64,000 nt of DNA from Phaeosaccion multiseriatum (taxonomy: Eukaryota > Protista > Ochrophyta, other classes). A program made the position numbers and the translations under genes. Positions within the stretch are counted from its first letter, which is position 1. Every line of letters starts with the position of its first letter. Shown piece by piece: positions 12,837 through 23,224 of this stretch. Location of the stretch: the NCBI GenBank assembly GCA_965112735.1, contig OZ218959.1, forward strand, positions 620,001-684,000, given 5' to 3'. The notes beneath the pieces are model-generated. The model made no database searches. It worked only from the letters and a program-made list of their open reading frames with translations, and had not been told where the DNA came from.

Positions 12837-13518
12837 TCACCATCTAGCCTTTTCCTTGTCCTTGCGGAAAAGCCGCCTGGCTCTGAGTTCAATGTCCCGC
12901 TGCTCCTTCTTGGCTGCCTCGCACTTGAGCTCCAAGGAGTTGTTGGCCATCTTCAGCTGTTCATTCTCCGCGAGAAGAGCTTCCTTAGCGCGGCGAAGAT
13001 CCTGATTTTCACGTTGCAGCCCGGCCTCGGACACAAGCACATCAGACGCCGCCCTCTTCGATGCCTCCATCTCCATGACTTGCTCCTGCGCCGTGGCCAG
13101 TGCGTCCTTGGCATTGATCGAGCAAGGCATTGATCCAGTCAGTGAGGAGAGAGAAGAAAGGGAAGGGGCGACACTTACCATCACCTCCGCCAAGCTTCCG
13201 CGAGTTGTTTCCAACCTTTGTTTGACTGTGAGCGGGGGAAAGAGAAGGAGCAGGTGCTGAGCGAGGGAAGGGGCACATACTCGGCGAGGTAGGGGACTCA
13301 CCGTGCTCTCCGCGAGCCAAGGTTTCGGCCTCGCGAGCGCAGGCTTCTTCCTTCTGATTGGCCACTTCTTCCACCAACTTGCTGAACAACTGCAGGTCCG
13401 CCGACAAGGTGTGAAGGAGATCCATGCTTGGCGCCCCTAGTGGAGGTGGAAGGTGGCCCTCGCTGCGTCGTTCCCGCCAAGGACGAAATAGACAGGGCGG
13501 TGTGACATCCAGTGCCAT
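12837..13518 (-). CDS. Small coiled-coil protein of unknown function; about 3 exons, start uncertain (13425 or 13518)
   Basis: Helical segments MDLLHTLSADLQLFSKLVEEVANQKEE, RLETTRGSLAEVM and AKDALATAQEQVMEME...LQRENQDLRRAKEALLAENEQLK are joined by GT-AG introns. Confidence 0.6.
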
Positions 13519-13612
13519 CAAAACCGGGGGGGTGCGCGTGCGCTGGGGGAGCCTGGAATTGAGGCTCTCCGCTCATTCCCCCAACCTGCTGTCTGCTCGC
13601 CTCTTAGCTGAG

Positions 13613-13909
13613 GTACGTGAGGATGTGGCACCTGCAAGGACAAGAAGGAGTAGCGTGTGGGACGAAACTATCGGGGGTGGGGCAGAGATCGTGAATTTCT
13701 TGCTTGGCAATGTGAAATCATCTAAGTGGAGTCATCTGCCTTGGCTTGGAGCATAGGGACTAGATGTGCCACCAGGGCACGCAGCAGCTGTGCTGTAGAA
13801 GAGCAGCAGGAGGTTGTGCTTGCACGTCCAGGGATCCTCCTGTGAAGGGCCAAGAACTAACTCTCTCCTCCACCTTCCACCCTCCACTGCCTCTCTTGTG
13901 TGTTCTCAG
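13613..13909 (+). other. Probable 5'-UTR intron of the Ubl-eL41 gene
   Basis: Donor AG|GTACGT at about 13613, branch point ACTAAC at 13856-13861, a pyrimidine tract and a TCTCAG acceptor ending at 13909, 24 nt before the ATG. Confidence 0.5.
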
Positions 13910-13933
13910 GTTTTGAGCAACCGGGTTACAGGG

Positions 13934-14233
13934 ATGCAGATCTTCGTGAGAGCCGCCGGGACCACCCTCCCCCTGGAGGTGTCCCCCGCCTCCTCTGTTG
14001 AGTCCGTCAAGGCTGCCGTGGAAGATGTGACCTTCATTCCCAGCGCCCTGCAGCGCCTGGTGATTGGAGGTACGCAGCTCACCATGGGCACGCTGGAGGG
14101 CCTCGGCATTGCCGCGGACAGCAGCATCGACATGCTCCTTGACGTCAACGGAGGCATGCGTGCTAAGTGGCGCAAGAAGAGGATGCGCCGTCTTCGCCGC
14201 AAGCGCCGCAAGATGCGCCAGCGCGCCCGTTAG
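13934..14233 (+). CDS. RPL41: Ubiquitin-like (FUBI-like) domain fused to ribosomal protein eL41 (L41)
   Basis: Single coding exon: 74 aa MQIFVR...LLDVNGG (13934-14155) followed directly by the 25-aa MRAKWRKKRMRRLRRKRRKMRQRAR (14156-14230), near-identical to canonical eL41, then TAG. Confidence 0.93.
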   Translation: MQIFVRAAGTTLPLEVSPASSVESVKAAVEDVTFIPSALQRLVIGGTQLTMGTLEGLGIAADSSIDMLLDVNGGMRAKWRKKRMRRLRRKRRKMRQRAR

Positions 14234-14976
14234 AGAGACCCGGGGCGGCCATGGTGGACGGATGGTGGCAGCTTCTGTGCATTGCTAGACTACATTTTGG
14301 CGGAAGGAACACCTTCGCAGAAATTGCCATATGCGCAATGGAGCGGCATGTTTGTACAGCACCAGCGTAATCCGGTAATTTCACAAAGTTGACCACAGAT
14401 TGACTTGACTCTCGCCCGTGGGCTGCATCGTGGCGCCTCGCCCATTTCTCCAGCCGGACCGCCGCCTTGAGCGGTCCGCCCTGGCAGTCGCTCCTGTCTG
14501 CTGGGGGGGAGAGGAGACTTCTGGCCGTGTTCCCTGGTCATCGTGGAGTGCAGTTGGAGTGGGCTCGGACGCTCACAGCATCCTCCCGCTTCGTTTCCCT
14601 TCATTGGAAAGCCTTTAGAGGTTTTAATTGCTTCGCTCCTTCCTTTCTGTGAGAGTGGTGGGGCATCTGCACTGCAAATACGAATTACCATAGTAGTCTG
14701 CTCCATCACGCCAAAGTTGACGGGATCCATGATCCACATCATGCTCCCAATCGGGTGGGTGATCTGATCCGATCATGACTTCCGCAATGTGCTTCGCAAT
14801 GTGCTTCATAATGTGATCCTGCCCTGGCCCGTGGCCGTGATGTGATCCGTAATGTGGTATGTGTGTGTGATCAACTGGCAGCATCGGGAACAACCAACAC
14901 GCCCCCCCCCATTTTTTCCTCTTTTCTTTCCCCTTCTCTCTCTATCATTCCCTTTGTATATAACCCCACGCCCTGC

Positions 14977-17235
14977 ATGGCCCCGTCTGCCGCGCTAGAT
15001 GGCGGGCCGCTGCAGCAGCTGCAGCAGCGCCCCGCCGCAGAGCACGAAGCGCTGGAGCTGCTGCTTGAGCTGGAGAAGATGCGGCAGGATCCCGCCCAGG
15101 GGCAGTTCCACAAAGAACACGACTTGTGGAAGAGGATTACTGATGTGTGTGAGGAGGGATCAGAGCGGCAGAAACTCCCTGCAAAAGTGGCCACGAAGAT
15201 TGTTCAGTACTGCGTGGAAGAAGAGAGGCATGAGAAGGAGGCGAGCGGCGGAGAAGGGGAGCAGAAAGTGCAGCAGCTCTCCCGAAGGAGGGGGAGGGCG
15301 CTGCAAGCAGCCCTACACTTCAACGCCTCCGCCCTCCAGCAGGTCATGGGCGTCTGCCTCGCTGCAGTCAACAAGACCACGGCGGGGGCGTGCTCTATGC
15401 ACTTTTTAAAGGCAGTGCTTAAGCTGGCGATTCAGAGCTTAGGCGCCCTCCCCCGCTACCAATACCTGGGTGAACAAGATATGGAGGGTCTTGCGGCCTC
15501 CTTCGAAACGGTGGAAGGGCTGCGTGACCTAGCCAAGGTTTCCCTACCAGCGGGGGCCGTCAAGCTCCAGGAGCTGCTGACGCTCGTGTGCCTCCCCAGC
15601 AGTAGCCAGAGCGGCTGCAGCCCATTGGGTGGTAAAGGGCAGTCCATGGAAGAGGGTAGCATTGGGAAGAAGGCGGTGGAGTTCCTGGTGGATCTCTTGC
15701 CTCGAGTGACTGACGCTGCGGGGAAGAACGAAAGCCGCTGGATGCAGGGCGGGGGCGGGGGCTCTCCTGCAGCAGACGCGAGCGTGGTCAATGCGCTGGC
15801 CCGTGTTGCGCGTGCGCGGCCAGTGACGGCCAATATTATTGCGGACAGACTCGTCAATTGCTACAAAGACTGCACTCGGGCGAATGTGTCTTTGCAGCAC
15901 CACCACCAGCGACCCAACTTGCTCTTTCTCCACACCTTGAGGAGCACCCTCTCCCACATGAAGCTTTTGCCTCCTGAGAAGCCATCTAGCATGCCTCTTT
16001 CGGGACTCAGTAATTGGTATGGCCAAGCCACTGCGGGTGGGGGTAGCAGGGAGGCGGAGAACGGTACCGCTGCTCAAGGGAACAATCACGACAAGGCAGA
16101 ATCGACTAGTAAAGAAGGTGGAGGGGACGGGGCGGATAGAAGAGAAAATGGCAAGAGGGGCACCGGAGCTGAGAAGAGAGAGAATGATACGGAGAAGAGT
16201 GGCCGCGACAAGGATGGGAACGAGAAAGGGGACGACAATGAGGACAAGGTGGTGGTGGGGGAGGAGGAGGGGGAGGAGGAGGGGGAGGAGGAGGAGAAGG
16301 AGGAGGAGGAGAAGGAGGAGGAGGAGGAGGAGGAGGAGGAGGGAAAGGATGAGAGGGAGGAGGGGGAGGAGAGGGGTAAAGCGGAGGAGGAGGAGGACGA
16401 GGAGGAGGACGAGGAGGACGAGGAGGAGGAGGAGGAGGAGGAGGAGGAGGAGGAGGAGGAGGAGGAGGAGGAGGATGTGGAGGAGGAGAGGGAAGAGGAT
16501 GAGGAGGAGGATGAGGAGGAGGAGGAGGAGGAGGAGGAGGAGGGGGAGGAGGAGGAGGATGAGGAGGGGGCTCAAATGGCGGGGAAAGCTAATGCAGTCT
16601 CCTCCTCCTCACAGCCTGAGGAAGATGTAGCACCATGGAAGGAGAGTACAACCTACCCCGTCGTTCTGGGCTCGAGTGTGCATCGCCAGTCGACAGAGCG
16701 CTTCACGACACTCAGGTACACGTTCAAGCCTGCCTCAGTAGATGTCAATGCCCAAGGAACTTACGATGAGCAGAACAACAGGACCGTGACCGTTACCGCC
16801 AAATCAAACGCGCCGGGGGGGGCTGACAATGCCTTGGTCAAGTTTACAGGAACGGCACATCCCGCGGCCGATACAGAGTGTGTCGTGGTCTTCAAAGGGG
16901 ACCATTTTCGCCTGGAAAGGCTGAGCTCTCAGGTCGGGCTACACCATGAGTGGGAAGGTCACAAGGCGGGGCGTGGAAAGAAGAAGCTTTCTCCCGCAGG
17001 CGCCGCAGGCCACAAGGTCACTAAGAGCCCAAAGAAGCGCAAGACTCCTGGCGACGCTTCTTCGTCTACCCCGGCCAAGAAGGCGAAGGCCAAGGCAAAG
17101 GCGAACAAGCCGAAGTCAGACAGCGGCAGGCAGCCCAAAAAACCGCTGCAAACGTGTCCAAAGTGTGGGAAGGAGTGGAAGCGGCTCAGCATGCACATTA
17201 AGAAGTGCAAGCAGCAAGCTCCGTCTCCGTCCTAA
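14977..17235 (+). CDS. Intronless protein: helical N-terminal region, long poly-Glu tract, EAF (ELL-associated factor) domain, basic NLS-like region, C-terminal Zn-finger-like motif
   Basis: YPVVLGSS...FTTLRYTFKPASVD...FTG...ECVVVF....FRLERLSS matches the EAF N-terminal domain pattern. The protein ends with CPKCGKEWKRLSMHIKKC. Confidence 0.75.
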   Translation: MAPSAALDGGPLQQLQQRPAAEHEALELLLELEKMRQDPAQGQFHKEHDLWKRITDVCEEGSERQKLPAKVATKIVQYCVEEERHEKEASGGEGEQKVQQLSRRRGRALQAALHFNASALQQVMGVCLAAVNKTTAGACSMHFLKAVLKLAIQSLGALPRYQYLGEQDMEGLAASFETVEGLRDLAKVSLPAGAVKLQELLTLVCLPSSSQSGCSPLGGKGQSMEEGSIGKKAVEFLVDLLPRVTDAAGKNESRWMQGGGGGSPAADASVVNALARVARARPVTANIIADRLVNCYKDCTRANVSLQHHHQRPNLLFLHTLRSTLSHMKLLPPEKPSSMPLSGLSNWYGQATAGGGSREAENGTAAQGNNHDKAESTSKEGGGDGADRRENGKRGTGAEKRENDTEKSGRDKDGNEKGDDNEDKVVVGEEEGEEEGEEEEKEEEEKEEEEEEEEEGKDEREEGEERGKAEEEEDEEEDEEDEEEEEEEEEEEEEEEEEEDVEEEREEDEEEDEEEEEEEEEEGEEEEDEEGAQMAGKANAVSSSSQPEEDVAPWKESTTYPVVLGSSVHRQSTERFTTLRYTFKPASVDVNAQGTYDEQNNRTVTVTAKSNAPGGADNALVKFTGTAHPAADTECVVVFKGDHFRLERLSSQVGLHHEWEGHKAGRGKKKLSPAGAAGHKVTKSPKKRKTPGDASSSTPAKKAKAKAKANKPKSDSGRQPKKPLQTCPKCGKEWKRLSMHIKKCKQQAPSPS
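16261..16566 (+). repeat. (GAG)n-rich purine tract encoding about 100 mostly acidic residues
   Basis: Directly visible; almost only G and A on the + strand. Confidence 0.95.
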
Positions 17236-17274
17236 TCTTGAGTATATATCATTTGTTTTTACACCACAAAAGTA

Positions 17275-19912
17275 TCACCTCGCGACCTTGCCCCCAGCAC
17301 CAACCGAGCGCTTCAAGCGAGGCATCCTAAACGTCCCCGAGCGAAAGCCCTTGAGCAAGCTTCCAGTACCGCGAAGCCCAATGCGACTGCTGGTACCACC
17401 ACCACCACCACCACTACTACTACTACTACCCCGACTCGATGTGACAGATGGGGCCTTTTCAGAGTTGCGTGCCCGGACTTTTGCCTCCGCGCCGCTGTCA
17501 CGCCCGCTTACCACACTGTCAGTCTCTGACAGTGCAGCGGGCGCGTCCTCAAGACCCGAGTGTCGCACCTGCCCACTGCTCGCAGAGGCACCGTCTGCCT
17601 CGTCCGTGGGAACCGCGGCCACTCTCGCGGGCGGTACCTCCCCTACAGCCACTTGCGTATTCTTCTTCCCTTTTGCTCCTCCTCCCGTTGCTCCCTCCCC
17701 GCCCCGAACGCCTGGAGAAGACGGCGCTGCTGTGGGGGAAGTGACAGTGCAGGAGGAGGTCGATCCCCGCCTCCGTCTCCTATCTTTGGCTTGATGAGCT
17801 GCATCTTCTTCAGACACAAGCTTGATCGCAACGGCAGCGACGCGAGCTGCTGCTCTCGATGGCCTCCCCCCGCTCGTGCAGGGAGAAGGGGCCTCCGCTT
17901 GGGCCCTCTCCTCGTCGCTCCAACTCGCCGAAGAGCTACTGACGGGCGCAAGGCCCGCCTCTGTCGCCGCGGCCTCCTTATCGCCGTCTCCTGCTGTTGC
18001 CTTCTTTCTCTTCCTTTTCTTCGCCTTCTTGCCTGCCTCCTCGCCGCTGCCCTCGCCCTGTTCGAGCTGGCTGGGCACCACAGGTGCCTCTCCTGCCCCG
18101 GTCCGAGCATCATTAGTGGCCTTCCGTGCTCGTTTAGGCTTTGCCGAGTCTGACTCTTGGACGGGGCTCTTGTTCTGAGGTGGCCTTGCCCTTTTCGCCC
18201 GTGGCGGCTTGTTGCTCACTGCTTCGCTGTCGGATGACACGCTCTCCAAGGTATCGTTCTCGACACCCCTGCTCTTACCCCCCTGCTGCAGTCGAAGCTG
18301 CAACTGTTGATTGTCTCGCCGAGCCTCTTCCAGCAGCGAGGCCTGCGCCGAGAGTTCGCGCGAAAGTCTCTGGTCGAGCTGTCGCAGCTGCGCCTCACTC
18401 TCGCGTAGCGCCAGGTTTAGCCTGTCCTTTTCCTTCCCCCACGCCTCGGCCTCGCTGAGACGGTCATTCCTCTCGCCCTCCGCGAGCTGAGCTGCCTCCT
18501 CTACGTCTCTGGCGGCCTTTGCTCTTGTCTCCTCGAGCTGCTTCTCGAGAGCCGCGGCCATTTCCTGCGAATGTCTCTGGTCGAGCTGTCGCAGCTGCGC
18601 CTCACTCTCGCGTAGCGCCAGGTTCAGCCTGTCCCTTTCCTTCCCCCACGCCTCGGCCTCGCTATGACGGTTATTCCTCTCACCCTCCGCGAGCTGAGCT
18701 GCCTCCTCTACGTCTCTGGCGGCCTTTGCTCTTGTCTCCTCGAGCTGCAGCTCAGCTGCTTCCTGCCGGGCCACAGAACTGGCGTTTTCCGAGCTGATGA
18801 GTGTAGCCGTTCCGTGCACAAGTCTGACGAACCGCTTTTCCAGCGCGGACGCCACACATTGGGCACTTACTTGCCCTCTCAGCGCCTCCTTGCGCAGTGA
18901 TATGCGCTGCAGAGAGACTTCGTCAACAGCCACCTCCAGCGACGCAGACCTCACCTGCGTGTGCAGAACACGGACGTGTCAGGCTCTACTTCACTTTGCA
19001 AGGCCCACACTTCGTCAAGGCCTCTGAGCACTTCGGTCACGGCCTCACACCAGTTCGTCACGGCCGCTCCACTCAGACCTAGTCCTGTCCTACCTGCGCT
19101 TCCAGGAGCAGAGTTGTCGCCGCATGTGCCCTCGCCTGCAGCTGGTCTCGCTCCAGAGTAGCAGTGCGCACCTCCTCCTCCAGTCGGAAAAAAGATTCGT
19201 GGGATTCTCCATGCTCGACACCATCCACGTCTTGCGCTTTGCCAAGCTGAGCCTGTAGCTCCAGCACCTGCCAGCGAATGAGGAAAAAAGAAGAAATCCT
19301 AGTAAGAAGGCCGTCCACCTCAAACCCACACACCGAAGCAGCGCTTCGACTCACCTTGCTCTCTGCGTCCATTGCTGCTATTGCAAGGAGCTCTCTCTCT
19401 CCCTGTTGCTTCGCCAGGCGGTCCCTTAAGCTGTACACCTCCTCCTGCAGGCGAGTCACTTCCTCGGAGTGGGGCTTCCTGGCCGAGGGCACAATCCCCC
19501 CTCCCCTGTGACTCGAAGCGGACACACGAGAAGGCGACCGAGAGTTCTCGGAGAGGGGCCTCTCGTCCGCAGCAGCAGGCCACCCTCCCCCTCCCACGCG
19601 AGAAGGCGTCCGAGAGACCTTGTCCTGCTTCCGAAAGGGGTCACTCATTTCGTCCTCGAGCTGCTGCGCAGTTACAGGCTGTTCAAGCGGCCGGGGGCTC
19701 GCTACGGCGCCTAAGGTTCCCCCAGCATATCGGGGGGACTTTCGCAATGGCTGGCGCTGCTGCTGGTGGTGTTGCTGCTTATTCGTGGAGTCGCAGAGAG
19801 GGCGAGCTCCAGATGACCTTCTCTTGCCATCTTTTCTCGAGGACTGCTGCTCACTAACCCTCACGCCATTTCCATCTCTTCTGGAGCCCTCAGGGCTCCA
19901 GAAACGTGGCAT
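17275..19912 (-). CDS. Large coiled-coil/disordered protein of unknown function; about 3 exons
   Basis: Long ORFs 19079-19924 and 17275-18954 are linked by GT-AG introns. Heptad-rich middle, Lys-rich NLS-like segment (KKAKKRKRKK), internal 69-aa duplication. Confidence 0.65.
18366..18748. repeat. In-frame tandem duplication, period 207 nt (69 aa)
   Basis: Copies of about 175 nt begin at 18366 and 18573 with few mismatches. QLEETRAKAARDVEEAAQLAEGERN...LRQLDQR occurs twice. Confidence 0.95.
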
Positions 19913-20189
19913 ACTCCAAGCCAAGGAGCAGCAAGCAGAGAGAAGGAAGCCAGCAGAGAAGACCGGAGAGAGGGAAAGAAAATCCTAACGGGAAATCGAT
20001 ATCTATCTATAAAATAGAGCATAAAATAGAGCCCCAGGGGGCTCGAGAGAGCACTTCCTTCCTTGCACCTCCCTTACAAAAGAGGGGAGGAGGGCCAGCG
20101 AGCTGCAGGCCTGCCACATTACACTGAACTATACGCTCTCGAGAAGAGTGTGAAGTAGTCCATTCCCTTGGGAGGGGAGCCACGGCAGG

Positions 20190-22445
20190 ATGAAGGACGC
20201 GATCACCATCCTCGTTCTCGGGGACGAGGGTACCGGGAAGAGCTCTCTCATCTCTACATTCGTGTCTCAGCAGTTCCCGAAGCTGCATGAGAGCGTGCCC
20301 AGAGTTCTCACAGACGGTAAGCTCCTCAGATTGTAGGAAAGTGGCCTGGCGGGCTTCGCCAGTCGGTAGCAGCGGCGGTAGCACGAAGTCGACAGTAGCA
20401 ACTTCCTTTCTTTCCACACAAAACAAGCGAAAGCTTGATGGAAACGAGCTGTGTTTGCGTGTCTGACCGAAGTGAACACCGTTATCCCCAACCTTCAAGT
20501 GAATACTCCACGGGAGGAGAACGAGGATGACGTGCCAGTCACAATCGCTGACTCGTCCGCCGCGCCCGAAGACCTCCAGAAGATGGTGTGGCGCGTGAAA
20601 GAGGCTGACGTTATCATCGCGCTGTACGACGTGGACCGGCCGGACACTCTAACGAGTCTGAGGACACTGTGGCTACCGCTCATCGAAGAAAACACCGAGG
20701 TACCGACACAAGGCTATCCCCGCTAACCCACTGCCCCCTCCTGGCCTTGTAAATCTCTCTAGTTGGCTTACTCTCCACGCTGCTCGCGTGTACTTGCTCC
20801 CTCAGGATGTGCCTGTCATGGTGGTGTGTAATCAAGTGGACAAGCGCACGGGAAGCGCGGAGCTGATGGATCACGTAGCGGAGCTAAACAGCACCCACGA
20901 GCAGCTGCTCCAGACCTTTCCCTTTGTGTATATGTGCAGAGAGTGTTCCTCCAAGCAGCTGCTGGGTGTGGACGAGGTGTTCCAGACGGCCAATGCCATG
21001 GCTCTGTACCCTATTACCCCCTTCATCGACGTGCAGCGCGACGAGCTCAAGCCCAAGTTTGTTCACTGTTTGCGGCGCGTCTTTCGTATGTGCAACTCGG
21101 CGGGCGACGGTCTGCTGACAGACGACGACCTTAACCTGCGCTTCCACCACCGCTGCTATGGAAACTACCTCACCGCGGAGGACATTAACGCCTCGAAGAA
21201 TGTGCTGAGGAAGATTGGGTGCGGGCTGGACCGGACCAACAGCCCCCCGCTCTTGGAGGGAAACTGCATCACTGTGGACGGCTTCATATGCCTACTGCGT
21301 ACGTTCATCGAGACCAAGCCCAGAATACCTTGGAAGGTGCGTGTGTGGTCTTTGAGACAGAGCAGCTCTTGCGTGGCACGTGCTTCCCTTTTCTCTCATC
21401 CCTCTGTTTGCTGCCCCGCTTAATCTCTTGCCGTGGCGCACGCTGTCCTCTTTTCTCCTGTCTGCCCTGAGTCAGGTGCTTCAGTCGTTCGGGTACAACG
21501 ACGACCTGGACCTGGAGGTGCCCGAGGGGGCTCTCAAGTGCCCCAGCTACAAGTCGACCCAAGTACCACAGATTTCTGCTGCGGCCCTGTCCTTCCTCAC
21601 CGAGCTCTACACGCAGAGCAGAGAGGAGGGAGAGAGCGCCTTAAGTCGCGAGGCCCAGCGGCGCATCTTCAGTATCCTGCCGTACCCAGGGGGCGAGGCA
21701 CCATGGAGCGCTGCCCAGAACTTCTCCGCGTCCTTTTCTCGGCCATGGATGGCGGAGCCGCGGGGGAGCGACATGCAGGACGGGATTACGCTGGACGAGT
21801 GGCTTGCTCACTGGCACCTGCTCGCCGTGCTCACCCCGAGACTTTTTCAGGCTACGCTGTTTCATCTGGGGTACTACGACCAGGAGGAGGCCAGCACGCC
21901 CCCTGCGCTGGAGGTCAGCGAGACCCGGTCTCAGGAACGGTCCTTTTCAAGGCGGAAACGCAGCGTTCTTCATGTCTTTGTGCTGGGCTCGCAAGGGTGC
22001 GGAAAGAGCAAATTGTTAGCAAGTTTGTCCAAGAGAGCCGCAGCAGAGGTAGTGGCGCCGGGTCTGGAGGGTGGCAGTCTGAAGGACACGAGAGGTGTAG
22101 CACAGCCGCACAGCTCCTGTGTCGCCGTGCGCGTTGATCGGAAACAGACAGACCGGAGATTCCTGATTGTGACAGAGGTGCCCCCTTCGTGTGTAGAGGC
22201 GCTGCTTGGCAATGGTGACATGCTGGGGCAGTGCGATCTGGCCCTCTTGCTTTTCGACGCCACCTCACGCAAGAGCCTGGACTTTTGCGTTAGACTCCAG
22301 GAGCGACTACCGCAGGGACTGGCGAGGCTTCAAGTGGCCACCAAGTGCGGCGGTATTTCTTGCAGTGGGGCGGCTACTCATCCTCAACAACAACACCAAC
22401 AACAAACACAAACACAACAAACACAACAACAACAACAGCAACAGC

Positions 22446-22483
<38 letters not shown>

Positions 22484-23039
22484 CGAAGACATGCAGGTGA
22501 TGAGCTGCTTGTAGAGGCGGCGCAGAAGTTAGAGGAAGTTGGGCTGCCAGCTCTCTACAAGACGGCCCTTGCCACGCGAGAAGGGCTGGGACAAGACGAA
22601 GTGGTGCATCTGTTGGAGACGGTGGTGCACACGGCGGTGTACGGCTGGCGGGCAGCAACCCCCGCCGAGCTGGGCAAAGAAACGGCGCAGGGAGGGGGGG
22701 GGGAGCAAACTATGGAGCATCATCACAAAATACCTGGGGATCGGCTGCGTACTTGTGCTGGCCAGTAGCGGTATATGGTACGTGTACGCTATTAACAGTA
22801 GCAGCGTGGAGAGGTCCACAACCGGCACCAGCAGCAGCAGCAGTAGCACCACCACTGACAGCAGTAGCAGTAGCAGCATGCCGGCCAAAGGCGGCGAGAG
22901 GAACGCCACGACGACAACGTTTGGGAACATTGTCGCGACGGCGCCTCGCAGCTGCCACTCGGCCCGCAAGCGCTCCAGACACCATCATCACCTCACACAC
23001 ACACACTGCGCCTTTGGGGTGCTCATTGACCTATTGTGA
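20190..23039 (+). CDS. MIRO: Mitochondrial Rho GTPase Miro (GTPase-EF-EF-GTPase-TM), with an apparent frameshift near 22655-22705
   Basis: Exon 1 (absent from the ORF track) encodes ILVLGDEGTGKSSLISTFVSQQF...VPRV. Later exons give ADVIIALYDV..WLPLI, ECSSK, ALYPITP, LRRVFRMC...DGLL, WK|VLQSFGYNDDLDL and a second P-loop VFVLGSQGCGKSKLL. The TM segment YLGIGCVLVLASSGIWYVYAI is in a different frame. Confidence 0.9.
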
Positions 23040-23224
23040 TTAGACGTCAAGAGGGACTGTACAAAGAATAAAAATGGATAAAAGATAAAAGTAAAAAATA
23101 GGTGGAGGAGGGGGGGGGGGGGTTTGAGGGAACCGGGACCCCAAACGTGCTTTTGGGCGTGTTTACTATTAGGCATATTCCCCCCAGATCTTGACCCCCC
23201 TCATTGCGTCGCTGTTGCCTCACG

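Noticed and set aside
13613-13909. Possible intronic snoRNA in the ribosomal-protein gene's 5'-UTR intron
   Set aside because: No convincing C (RTGATGA)/D (CTGA) box pair or H/ACA structure was visible by eye; a covariance-model search would be needed.
14624-14893. His-rich 89-aa ORF as a metal-binding peptide
   Set aside because: Its composition follows from the GATC/ATGTG repeats and there is no other coding evidence; kept only as a low-interest motif cluster.
15544-16630. Poly-Leu (-) and poly-Arg (+) ORFs resembling membrane or protamine-like proteins
   Set aside because: They are alternative frames of the (GAG)n tract within the EAF-domain gene.
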